DNA of 64,000 nucleotides. Source: Bryobacterales bacterium (lineage in GTDB: Bacteria; Acidobacteriota; Terriglobia; Bryobacterales; UBA6623). The stretch is from NCBI GenBank assembly GCA_963422375.2, contig OY729427.2:1780794-1844793 (forward strand), read 5' to 3'. Below the pieces are notes generated by a model, which saw nothing but the letters and a program-made list of their open reading frames with translations, was not told the origin of the DNA and ran no database searches. Positions 43,414 through 51,573 of the stretch are shown in pieces. The first letter of the stretch is position 1, and each line of letters opens with the position of its first letter. The position numbers and the translations under genes were made by a program.

Positions 43414-44682
43414 TCACTCGAAGTACCCTTCCAGGGCCGCGAGATCCGCGGCGGTCGGCTCGGGCTCGGGTTCCGGATCCGGCGCGAACAGCGCGGCGGC
43501 CAGCCTCTCCAGCGGCTCCCTGCGGTCCTCGAGGCGCAAGTGCAGGTACCCGGCGTGCGCCCCGGGCGCGGCATGCCCCAGCTGCGCCTTGCGGTCGGGC
43601 TCGGACATGCCGATTTGGAAGAGCCACGTGGCGTGAGTGTGCCGCAGGGCGTGCCAGTGGACCCGTCCGACGCCGGCGGCGGCCGCCGCGGGCTTGAGGT
43701 AGCAGCGCGCCAGCGAGCCGACCGCCCAGGGCCGGCCCCGCGGGCCTGCGAAGACGTAGGCGGAGCCCGCGGGAGCCTCGTCGCGGCGCTTGCCGAGGAT
43801 CGCGGCCAGCGGTCCGGGCAGGGGCACGACCCGCTGGCTCGCAGCGGTCTTGAGGGGCCCGCCGGCGCCCCGGTACCACTGCTCGACGACGGCCGCCGAG
43901 CGCGGCGGCACGATCGTCCCCCCGTCCGACTTCCACGCGCTGCCGAGGTTGACGCGGCCCCACTCGAGGCCGGCGATCTCGGAGACGCGGCAGCCCGTCA
44001 TCAGGGCGCACGCCGTGATGTCCTTGGCGCCGCGATGCTGCAGGCCGTCCAGAAGGGCCCGCGCCTCGGGGTAGGAGAGGGCCCGCGTCTCGCGGGTCCC
44101 GCCCTGCGGGATCCGCACCCCCCGGGCGGGGTTGCGACCGGCGTGGAAGCCCTCCTCGGCGGCGAATTCGTACAGGGCGTGGACGGCCACGCGCGTGTTG
44201 CGCGCGGTGCCCGGGGCGAGGCCCGCCGCGAGCAGCTCGTCGCAGGCCCGCTGCACGTCCGCCTTGGTCACGTCCCGCAGGCGCATCTGCCCGAACCATT
44301 CCGGGAGCCGGGCGAGGCAGACGCGCGGCGCTTCGGGCCGCCGCAGGCGCGCGAGGCGCTCTCGGTCGTAGTGACCCGCCGCGAAGCGCCCGAACGTCTC
44401 CATCGAGCGCGGCACGAGATTGTTGTCATCGAGCTTCGCCAAGTAGGTGTCCCAGAACATGCGCTGGGCCTCGCGCTTGGTGACGGCGAAGCGGCCCTCG
44501 GCCGGGGCGACCATCACTCGCGGCGACCACTTGCGGACGATGCCGCCGCCCTCCAGGCGCACGTCCTCGCGCCAGCGGCCCTTCCACCAGCCGCCGGTCT
44601 TCACTAACTCGCCCTGCTTCTGCAGCCGCCGCCGCGCCAAGTCCCCGACCTCGGCCAGGGATTGTAGCTGATTCGCCCTCAT
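43414..44682 (-). CDS. Tyrosine recombinase / phage integrase
   Basis: TGCRVSE, LKT, HALRHTHAT, QLGH..Y catalytic residues; N-terminal arm-binding-like WKGRWRE. Confidence 0.92.
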   Translation of the reverse strand: MRANQLQSLAEVGDLARRRLQKQGELVKTGGWWKGRWREDVRLEGGGIVRKWSPRVMVAPAEGRFAVTKREAQRMFWDTYLAKLDDNNLVPRSMETFGRFAAGHYDRERLARLRRPEAPRVCLARLPEWFGQMRLRDVTKADVQRACDELLAAGLAPGTARNTRVAVHALYEFAAEEGFHAGRNPARGVRIPQGGTRETRALSYPEARALLDGLQHRGAKDITACALMTGCRVSEIAGLEWGRVNLGSAWKSDGGTIVPPRSAAVVEQWYRGAGGPLKTAASQRVVPLPGPLAAILGKRRDEAPAGSAYVFAGPRGRPWAVGSLARCYLKPAAAAAGVGRVHWHALRHTHATWLFQIGMSEPDRKAQLGHAAPGAHAGYLHLRLEDRREPLERLAAALFAPDPEPEPEPTAADLAALEGYFE

Positions 44683-45212
44683 GCGGCCACATCCGCCCCG
44701 TTAGGGGCCGGCGGCAGCGCCCTCGCGAGGCCTCGCGCCGCGCCGAGGCGGACGGCCTCTCGCAGGCGCTCCGGATCGGAGCCCGGGGCGAGACGCCATG
44801 CCGCGGGGCGGCCGGCCGAGCGGGCGATCCGCGTCTCGCGCCGGTAGACCTCGAGGAAGGCCATGCGGGCCCCGACCGGGTCGCCGGCCCGCGCCAGGGG
44901 GGCGGCCGCCCGGGCCGCCCGGATCTGCTCGGCGGTCAGCCAGGCCGACTCGCTCTCGTCGCGCCAGCAGACGGCCCAGGCCTCCTCCGGGCCCGGCCGC
45001 CCGTCCTCGATGCGGTCGATCACGGCCGCCAGGGTCAGCCTCCCGTGATGCTCCGCCTGCACGCGGTCGAGGGCGGCCAGCACGGCCGCGCGGCCGAACG
45101 GCTCCAGGCGCCGGACCATGGCCGCCCGGGCCCGCTCGCTCAGGTCCGCCCCGCACAGCTCGGCCGTCAGGGTGATCGCCCCGAGCATCGCGCGCGCGTC
45201 GCTACCGGACAT
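44679..45212 (-). CDS. Phage protein downstream of replication gene
   Basis: TAELCG..LTLAAVIDRI.DGRPGPEEAWA..GARMAF.E.Y pattern; coupled to both neighbours. Confidence 0.75.
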   Translation of the reverse strand: MSGSDARAMLGAITLTAELCGADLSERARAAMVRRLEPFGRAAVLAALDRVQAEHHGRLTLAAVIDRIEDGRPGPEEAWAVCWRDESESAWLTAEQIRAARAAAPLARAGDPVGARMAFLEVYRRETRIARSAGRPAAWRLAPGSDPERLREAVRLGAARGLARALPPAPNGADVAA

Positions 45213-46419
45213 GCCCGCTCTCCCGCAGCAGCTCGAGAGCCCCCAGCGAGCTCTCCACGTTGGCCGCGGAGCGCGCGGCGCGGGCCGCCCCCTCGGCCGT
45301 CACGGGCCGCCCCCGCCGCCACTCCATGTGCAGCTTCTCGGCGTCGGCCAGGAGCTGCCCGACCGCGTGGCCGGCGCGGGCGTACCAGGAGCCGGGATGG
45401 CCGACGTAGAAGGCGGCCACGGCCGGCGCGTCCCCGCCCGGCACGCGGCTCGCGAACAGGGCCATCTGCGCGTTGACCCTCGCGTTGCGCACCGGCGGGA
45501 CGCCGTAGCGCCCGAGGTAGGCCGCGGCGTAGGCTTCCCAGGCAGGCGCCCCCGCGCCCGGGCTCGCCTCGCGGGCCAGCCGGTCCAGCAGGCCGGAGGC
45601 CGAGGCCAGGGCCCGTCGCAGCGTCTCGCGCCGCGCGACGTCCGCCGCCCGCAGGTGGGCCGCGGTCACGCCGGCGTCGCGGGCTTCGCGCTCGAATGCC
45701 TCCAGCGCCCGCACGAGCCAGCCGATCCGCTCGGAGGCCGTCGGCGGGCGGATGCCCGGACTCGGAATATTTTCCGGATCGCCGGGACTCGGAATATTTT
45801 CCGGGTCGCCCCGGCCCGCCCGCAGCGAGCGCACGGCCTCGCGCCGCTCGCGGGGCTCGCCGGCGACCAGCTCGTCCTGCCGCGCGGGCGGGAGATCGGC
45901 CAGCCGGGCGGCCGCGGACACGCTGATCCGGCCCGCGTCCATCGCCTGGCGCAGCGACTCGGTGCCGCGCGCGCCGACCTTGCGCGCGTCGCGGAAGGTG
46001 CGTTCGTTGCCGAAGCCCGCCTTCTTCGCGGCCTCGGCGACGGTCGGCTTCGGAATATTTTCCGAGTCCGGGCGCGGGACGGCGGCGATCGGAATATTTT
46101 CCGACCGCAGGGCCTCCGCGAGGGCGACGCGCTCGCTCGGGGCGAGGTCCTTGCGGATCTCGTTCTCTTCCCACTCGGCCCACTCGGCGGGCGCCGGCTC
46201 GCTGTCCACCAGCACGGCCTCGATCTCCTCGCGGCCCAGCCGGCGGCAGGCCTCCACTCGCCGGGCGCCGAAGCAGAGATCGAAGCCCTCTCCGGAGCGC
46301 CGGACGCCGACCGGCTGCAGCAGGCCTACCGCGCGGATCGAGCGCGCCAGCTCCTCGATGTCGCCCAGCTCGCGGCGGTGCCGCGGCCCGACGCGGATCC
46401 GGTCCACGCGCACGGTCAC
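45202..46419 (-). CDS. ParB-N domain protein with phage replication-protein-like C-terminus
   Basis: IEELARSI..GLLQPV..GARRVEA..EENEIRKDL (ParB-like); AWEAYAAAY..YGVPPVRNARVN..LLADAEKL; GTGA overlap with upstream gene. Confidence 0.8.
   Translation of the reverse strand: MTVRVDRIRVGPRHRRELGDIEELARSIRAVGLLQPVGVRRSGEGFDLCFGARRVEACRRLGREEIEAVLVDSEPAPAEWAEWEENEIRKDLAPSERVALAEALRSENIPIAAVPRPDSENIPKPTVAEAAKKAGFGNERTFRDARKVGARGTESLRQAMDAGRISVSAAARLADLPPARQDELVAGEPRERREAVRSLRAGRGDPENIPSPGDPENIPSPGIRPPTASERIGWLVRALEAFEREARDAGVTAAHLRAADVARRETLRRALASASGLLDRLAREASPGAGAPAWEAYAAAYLGRYGVPPVRNARVNAQMALFASRVPGGDAPAVAAFYVGHPGSWYARAGHAVGQLLADAEKLHMEWRRGRPVTAEGAARAARSAANVESSLGALELLRESGHVR
45762..46103. repeat. 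Four exact copies of TCGGAATATTTTCCG (candidate iterons or parS)
   Basis: Copies at 45762-76, 45789-803, 46050-64, 46089-103; near-palindromic and A/T-rich. Confidence 0.85.
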
Positions 46420-47090
46420 GCCCGCGCCCTCCGGCTGCGGGTGACCGCGAGATCCGCGACCGGGCACCAGAGGTCGCCGGAGCGCTCCCAGCGCACCAGG
46501 GCGGCGCCCGAGCCCGGCGATCCGAGCTCCTCCGTCACGCCCGTCTCGCCGGGTCCGGGCGGGGTCGACAGCGGCAGGCGCGCCGGGGCCGCGAGCGGCA
46601 GGAGCGTCACGCTCCGGCCGGGCCGGACCGGCATCCCGTCGCCGCCCCGCATGCACCTCAGCTCGTGCCGCGAGCCGGCGGCGACGCCCGGGCGCTCGCC
46701 GGCGAGGGCGCCGGCGCCGAAGCAGGACAGGTCCACCCGCGGCAGATCCACCGGCTCGCCGCTCGCGTCGCGATGCCTGCCGCACTCGCAGACGCACTCG
46801 CAGTCCGCGCTCGCGTCGCAGGCTTCGCAGGCGGCGCACCCGCAGGCGCACCCGCAGTAGCAGCACCACTCGCACTCGCAGCCGTCGCGCTCGAACCAGC
46901 GCTCGTCGCGCGGGCTGGCCGCCGCGACGTCGGCCTCGGCGGCGTCGAGGGCCTCTGCCGCGCTCGCGGCGAAGTAGGCGCCCAGCTCGCCCTCGTGGAC
47001 CTGGATTTCCCCGGGCAGGGACTGGAGCGACAGGTACCGCACCGTCCAGGCCGCGGTCCGCGGTCCCTCGCCGCGCGCGCGCAGGGTCAT
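46416..47090 (-). CDS. Hypothetical phage protein with Cys-dense segment
   Basis: ATGA/GTGA coupling on both sides; CECEWCCYCGCACGCAACEAC..CECVCEC. Confidence 0.65.
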   Translation of the reverse strand: MTLRARGEGPRTAAWTVRYLSLQSLPGEIQVHEGELGAYFAASAAEALDAAEADVAAASPRDERWFERDGCECEWCCYCGCACGCAACEACDASADCECVCECGRHRDASGEPVDLPRVDLSCFGAGALAGERPGVAAGSRHELRCMRGGDGMPVRPGRSVTLLPLAAPARLPLSTPPGPGETGVTEELGSPGSGAALVRWERSGDLWCPVADLAVTRSRRARA

Positions 47091-47488
47091 CGTCTCTTGC
47101 GCTCCGACGCGGCTAGCCGGCAGGCCAGGCACATGCGATAGCGGCCGGCGACGGCGGTCGCGCCGCACTGGATGCAGAGGCCTTGCGCGGCCCGGGCCTC
47201 GCGGCGGCGCTTGTTCTCCGCGGTCTCCCTGTCCCTGCACTCGCCGCACAGGAGGACCCCGGGCCGGGCCGGGCGGGCTCCGCATCGGGCGCACAGCCCG
47301 CTCGACGCCCGGGCGGCCCGCGCCCGGCGCTTCGAGCGCCGCGATATCCGCGCCTGGCTCCGCGAGCACTCGGGGCAGAGGGTGTCCCCCAGGCGCGGCA
47401 CCATCCGGGCGCACCGCACGCAGACCCCGAGCGCCTTGTATTGGGCGTAGCGCTTGCGCTGCCGCGCCAGCCCCTTCGCGCCCCTCAC
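47087..47488 (-). CDS. Basic protein with three CxxC...CxxC modules
   Basis: GVCVRC..LCPEC, GLCARC..LCGEC, GLCIQC..MCLAC. Confidence 0.78.
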   Translation of the reverse strand: MRGAKGLARQRKRYAQYKALGVCVRCARMVPRLGDTLCPECSRSQARISRRSKRRARAARASSGLCARCGARPARPGVLLCGECRDRETAENKRRREARAAQGLCIQCGATAVAGRYRMCLACRLAASERKRR

Positions 47489-47721
47489 GGCCGCCCCCCG
47501 CTCAGGTGCCGCAGCTCGGGCGGCGGCTCCGGGATCGCGCCCATGGCCACCGCCACGCGGAAGGCCTCGCCGTGGGAGCAGGCGCTGCGGCCGCGGACGA
47601 CGTCCCGGACGGCCTGGTACTTGAAGCCGTTCCGGCGGGCCCAGTCGCTCCAGCGCACGCCCGCGGCGCGGTAGCGGGCCACGGCCGCGGCCACGGCCGC
47701 GCGGCGCTCGCGGCCCCTCAC
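47485..47721 (-). CDS. Small DNA-binding protein (BcepMu gp16/Ner-like)
   Basis: GVRWSDWARRNGF..VRDVVRGR..HGEAFRVAVAMG. Confidence 0.78.
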   Translation of the reverse strand: MRGRERRAAVAAAVARYRAAGVRWSDWARRNGFKYQAVRDVVRGRSACSHGEAFRVAVAMGAIPEPPPELRHLSGGRP

Positions 47722-47912
47722 GAGCCGCCTCCCGGGAGCGGCTCCAGGCGCTCCTCGGAACACCAGCGCTTGCGGCCGGCGTCGGCCACCAGCACCCGCG
47801 GGCCGGTGGTGCGCTCGTGCCGCAGCGCGTCCAGGATCTCGACCGCGCGGGGCGGCCCGTCGCCGGGCCGGAAGAGGACCTTGCGGCCGGGCGCGCAGAG
47901 CTCGAGCTTCAT
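47718..47912 (-). CDS. Hypothetical phage protein
   Basis: 64-aa ORF with 4-bp overlaps at both ends. Confidence 0.6.
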   Translation of the reverse strand: MKLELCAPGRKVLFRPGDGPPRAVEILDALRHERTTGPRVLVADAGRKRWCSEERLEPLPGGGS

Positions 47913-48634
47913 GACGCCGCCCCTCCGGCGAACAGGCCGTCCGCGGCGGGCGCGGCGGGCGCGGCCAGGGCGTCCTTGAGCCCGGACACGCCGCCGGCGG
48001 CCGGCTCCGGCGCGGGCTCCGGCGCGGGCGCGGCGTCCAGCGCCTCCTCGCCGGACGACATGCCCATGAGCAGGTCCGGCGCGTACAGCCGCGAGAACAG
48101 GGCCGCGGCGCGGTAGCGCAGCATCAGCTCGGGCATGGTGCGCCACTTGGAGCCGGGGCGGCCGACCCAGCCCTCGGCCGCGGCCATCTCCATCGAGACC
48201 GGGGGGCCCTCGAGCTCCTCCCCGCCGGGCCGCTCGCGGGTCCAGGCGACGCAGGCCCGCGACGGGCCCTCGCCGCTCATGCGGAAGCGCAGGCGCTCGA
48301 AGCGCCCGCAGGCGTTGACTACGGCGATCAGGAAGGTCGAGCGCCAGCTCGGGCGCCCGGCGATCACGTCCACGTTCTGCATCACGGCGAGCGGGGAGAG
48401 CCCCGCGCGGCGGGCCAGTTCCAGAGCCACCATGCAGTTGGCCACCGCCTGGCGCGCCGCGGGCGAGCCCGCCTCGGCCTCGGGCGGGGCGCGGTAGGCG
48501 GCCGGCACCAGCGAGCTGCGGGTGAGCATGGAGGCCACGCGCTGGGCCTCCTCGAAGCCGGACCGCAGGGGGTCGGCGGGGTCGGCGGGGTCGGCGGGGG
48601 CGGCCGTCGCGGCCGCGAGCGCGCTCTCGCTCAT
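47909..48634 (-). CDS. RecT-like single-strand annealing protein
   Basis: SSLVP..ANCMVALE..PLAVMQNV..GRPSW..SKWRTMPELMLRYRA; adjacent to YqaJ. Confidence 0.8.
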   Translation of the reverse strand: MSESALAAATAAPADPADPADPLRSGFEEAQRVASMLTRSSLVPAAYRAPPEAEAGSPAARQAVANCMVALELARRAGLSPLAVMQNVDVIAGRPSWRSTFLIAVVNACGRFERLRFRMSGEGPSRACVAWTRERPGGEELEGPPVSMEMAAAEGWVGRPGSKWRTMPELMLRYRAAALFSRLYAPDLLMGMSSGEEALDAAPAPEPAPEPAAGGVSGLKDALAAPAAPAADGLFAGGAAS

Positions 48635-49542
48635 GTCGTCTCCTTCAGCAGGAACCGCCGCACGGGCGCGGCGACTTCGAACTCGGCGGCCACGTCGGGC
48701 CGCTCGCGGCGCAGGGCCTTCACGTCCACGCTGCGGCGGGCGGAGGCCCGCCAGGTGGCCAGCGTCTCCCCGGTGGCCGGATGCACCAGCTCGGAGGCCT
48801 CGCCCATGCGCTGCATCGCGGCCCGCTCGAGCTCGTCGCGGCGGGCCTCCAGCGAGCGCAGCTCGGCCCGCGTGCGACGCAGGTCCCGCAGGCTCTCGAG
48901 CGTGCGCTCGTCGGCCTCGGCCGCGCCGTCGCGCGAGACCTTCCAGCGCCGCCGGGCGTCGGCGGCGTCGCGCGGGTCCGGGGGGACGCGCGCGAGCACG
49001 CGGTCGTGCCAGAAGCGGCTCTCGGCCGCGACCAGGGCGGCCTCGAGGTCGGCGTCGCGGCGGATCTCGTACAGGGCCAGGCGCCGCTCGGCGAGGAACA
49101 GCACGGCCAGCCAGCACGTCTCCCAGCGCTTCACGGCCAGGTAGTGGGCCGCCTGGCACAGGTAGTGCCGGGGCACGCGGTCGCTGCCCTCCTCGCCCCA
49201 CTCGCCGTCGCGGCGGGCGGCCGTCTTGATCTCGAGGATCGCCTTGCGCCCGACCACCTCGCGGTCGACGTGGGCCAGCATCCAGGGGCGCTCGCGGCGG
49301 GCCAGGGTGACGCGCCGCCGCCGCAGGCGCGCCCCGAGGCGCTCGCCGGCGGCCCGGGCCACGGCGCTCTCCAGGCGCAGGCCCCATTGCATGGCCTCGC
49401 TGGGCTCGGCCTCGGGGGCCTGGCCGGTCTTCTCGAGGTACAGCTCGAGCTGCGTCTTCCAGGGCGACAGGCCGAGGGCCGCCGCCGCGTCGCTGCCGCC
49501 CAGCCCCGCGCGCCTGGCCGCGACCTGCTCCGGAGTCAGCAT
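48631..49542 (-). CDS. YqaJ/lambda-exonuclease family protein
   Basis: RRAGLGGSDAAA..SPWKT..YLEKTG; LAHVDR..LEIKT..HYLCQ. Confidence 0.92.
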   Translation of the reverse strand: MLTPEQVAARRAGLGGSDAAAALGLSPWKTQLELYLEKTGQAPEAEPSEAMQWGLRLESAVARAAGERLGARLRRRRVTLARRERPWMLAHVDREVVGRKAILEIKTAARRDGEWGEEGSDRVPRHYLCQAAHYLAVKRWETCWLAVLFLAERRLALYEIRRDADLEAALVAAESRFWHDRVLARVPPDPRDAADARRRWKVSRDGAAEADERTLESLRDLRRTRAELRSLEARRDELERAAMQRMGEASELVHPATGETLATWRASARRSVDVKALRRERPDVAAEFEVAAPVRRFLLKETT

Positions 49543-49805
49543 CGCGGCGCCTCCTCCCGCGCCGCCCGGGCCGCCCGGACCCGCTGCCGGGCCGCGGAGC
49601 CTCCGTCGCGGCGGCCGGCCGGGGACTCGCGCATGCGGCGGGTCGCCTGGGCCAGGCGCTCGCGGTACCGCCGGCGCGACGCGCGCCGGCAGCGGCGCTC
49701 GTCCCGCCGCGCCGCGAAGCCGGCCCGCAGGGCCCGGACCGCGGCCGCGGCGGTCAGCGCGAGCGACAAGGCCGTCAGGGCGAGGGCGATCTCGACGGGC
49801 GTCAC
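49536..49805 (-). CDS. Small protein with N-terminal hydrophobic helix and Arg-rich tail
   Basis: GGAGG RBS before GTG; N-terminus resembles that of 50110-50370. Confidence 0.55.
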   Translation of the reverse strand: MTPVEIALALTALSLALTAAAAVRALRAGFAARRDERRCRRASRRRYRERLAQATRRMRESPAGRRDGGSAARQRVRAARAAREEAPRC

Positions 49806-50018
49806 CGGGCGCCTCCGTCGCGGGTGCGGGCGATCCGGGTGCGGGGCGGCCGTAACCGACAGCCGCCCCGCGTTCCCCCCGGGGACCGGAAAGCCGGGGG
49901 GAAAGGGCGCGAGGCGCAGCCGCCTCGCGGTAGGATGGGAACGATCCGGGTGCGGGACGGCCGTTGAGAGCGGCCGCCCCGCGTTCCTCCCGGAGACATC
50001 ACCTCCAGGAGGAAAGTC

Positions 50019-50303
50019 ATGCAGCCTGTCGAGGCGGTCCGCGAGATCGCCCGGGAATGCGACCGGTACAAGTACGTCCCGGCCGACACCGAGTTCGCGC
50101 TCGCCGCCCTCATCGAGTTGCTCCATCGAGAGGGCTCTCTTTCGACGGAGGCGCGGGACGCGATCTTCGGCTTCTGGGGCGAGCGGATAGCGCTTCGATC
50201 GCGCGAAGCACGGAAAAATCCCGGGTCCGAGCCCGCCGGCGGGCATCTCGACGCCGTGTACGCGCTTCTCGCCGAGTGGCCTCGCTGGACAGCATGGCCT
50301 TGA
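50019..50303 (+). CDS. Possible antisense-oriented hypothetical protein
   Basis: AGGAGG RBS before ATG and protein-like composition; overlaps 50110-50370 on the opposite strand. Confidence 0.4.
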   Translation: MQPVEAVREIARECDRYKYVPADTEFALAALIELLHREGSLSTEARDAIFGFWGERIALRSREARKNPGSEPAGGHLDAVYALLAEWPRWTAWP

Positions 50304-50370
50304 TCGCGATCGCGGCGGTCAGCGAGTGCGACACCGCGAGGGCCGCGAGGGCGATCTCCAGGTGCGTCAC
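50110..50370 (-). CDS. Small protein paralogous to 49536-49805
   Basis: Same upstream GACGGAGGCGCCCG-GTG; VTHLEIALAALAVSHSLTAA vs VTPVEIALALTALSLALTAA. Confidence 0.45.
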   Translation of the reverse strand: MTHLEIALAALAVSHSLTAAIAIKAMLSSEATRREARTRRRDARRRARTRDFSVLRAIEALSARPRSRRSRPAPPSKESPLDGATR

Positions 50371-50473
50371 CGGGCGCCTCCGTCGCGGGACGGCCGTAAC
50401 CGATAGCCGCCCCGCGTTCCCCCCGGGGACAACCCATCCGGGAGGAAAGTCATCAGGCCCGGCAGGTCGGCCG

Positions 50474-50716
50474 TCACGCGACGCCCTCCTTCCCCGCGAG
50501 CACGCGGGCCCGCGCCTCGGAAGCGGCCCTCTCGGCGGCCTCGAGGCGGTCGACGGCCTGCGAGACGCGCTCCTCGAAGCCGTCGGGCGGGGGACGCAGG
50601 CCGCGCAGTACGCGGCTCAGCACCGAAGCGTGAAACCCCGCTTCGCGGGCGATCTCGTCGTGCGTCAGGCGCGACAGAGCAATCCGTCCGCGAAGTGAAT
50701 CCTGTTCAAGTGCCAT
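50474..50716 (-). CDS. Cro-like HTH regulator
   Basis: LTHDEIAREAGFHASVLSRVLRG; divergent from the repressor. Confidence 0.8.
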   Translation of the reverse strand: MALEQDSLRGRIALSRLTHDEIAREAGFHASVLSRVLRGLRPPPDGFEERVSQAVDRLEAAERAASEARARVLAGKEGVA

Positions 50717-50779
50717 GAACAGCATGGTACTTGAACAGGATTCAAGTGTCAAGTGCCATATTGCTGTTATTTTGCGTGA
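50696..50779. promoter_or_regulatory. cro/cI switch region: divergent promoters and long inverted repeat
   Basis: Minus strand TTGACA (50752-47), 17 bp, TACCAT (50729-24); plus strand TGnTATTTT (50765-73); 22-bp arms 50696-717 / 50723-744 with one mismatch. Confidence 0.75.
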
Positions 50780-51430
50780 GTGCTAGGAAAACGCCTAGCT
50801 GCCGCAAGGAAGCGGGCGGGATGGAAGCAGGTCGAACTGGCCGCGGCCCTCGGAAGTCGCTACGACCACACGATGGTGTCGCACGTCGAGCACGACCGCT
50901 CGGCGCTCCGGCTCGAGGGTGCGGTGAACGCCGCCCGCGCCCTAGGCGTCTCGCTCGATTACTTGGTCGGTCTCACCGACAACCCCGCGCCCGCGGCCCT
51001 GCTCCAGCCGGCCCTGCTCGGCGAGCGCGAGGCCGACCTGGTGCCCCTGCGCGACGTCCGCGCGGCGGCGGGCGCCGGCGCGGAGGTCGAGTCGGAGCCG
51101 GTCATCGGCCACGTGGCCTTCCCGCGCCGCTGGCTGCGGCGGCACCGCGTGGCCGCGGGCCGCTGCAGCGTGATCGAGGTGATCGGCGACTCGATGGAGC
51201 CGCTGCTGGAGGACGGCTGCTGGATCCTGGTCGATCACGAGCGGCGGGCGATGGCCAGCGGGAGGGTCTTCGTCGTGCGCACCGGCGACGGGCTGCTGGT
51301 CGTCAAGCGGGCCCGCCGTTCAGCCGGCGCGTGGCTGCTGGAGAGCGAGAACCGCGCCTTCGAGCCCCTGCCCCTGCCGCGGGAGAGCCGCGTGGTGGGC
51401 GAGGTGCGCTGGGCGGGCAGGGCGTTGTAG
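50780..51430 (+). CDS. CI-like repressor (XRE HTH + S24 peptidase)
   Basis: RLAAARKRAGWKQVELA..SLDYLVG; AAAGAG cleavage region; GDSMEP, VKR. Confidence 0.93.
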   Translation: MLGKRLAAARKRAGWKQVELAAALGSRYDHTMVSHVEHDRSALRLEGAVNAARALGVSLDYLVGLTDNPAPAALLQPALLGEREADLVPLRDVRAAAGAGAEVESEPVIGHVAFPRRWLRRHRVAAGRCSVIEVIGDSMEPLLEDGCWILVDHERRAMASGRVFVVRTGDGLLVVKRARRSAGAWLLESENRAFEPLPLPRESRVVGEVRWAGRAL

Positions 51431-51573
51431 GGGGAATTTGCCCCCCCTCCCCCCGGCCCGCGCCCGCCGATCTAACCGAGCGCTACACTTGTTGATGCCG
51501 CGAGCAGGGGGCGGGCGATGACGGCGGCGCGCTTCGCCGAGCGCTTCGCCCCGGCCACGGGCAAGGAGGGACC

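Larger units (their letters stand above)
49841..50447 (-). repeat. Three copies of a 63-nt twin-hairpin element
   Basis: 49841-903, 49952-50014, 50385-447; conserved stems, variable loops. Confidence 0.85.

Noticed and set aside
49841..50447. CRISPR array interpretation of the repeated hairpins
   Set aside because: Units are 63 nt, vary internally, are irregularly spaced and have no uniform spacers
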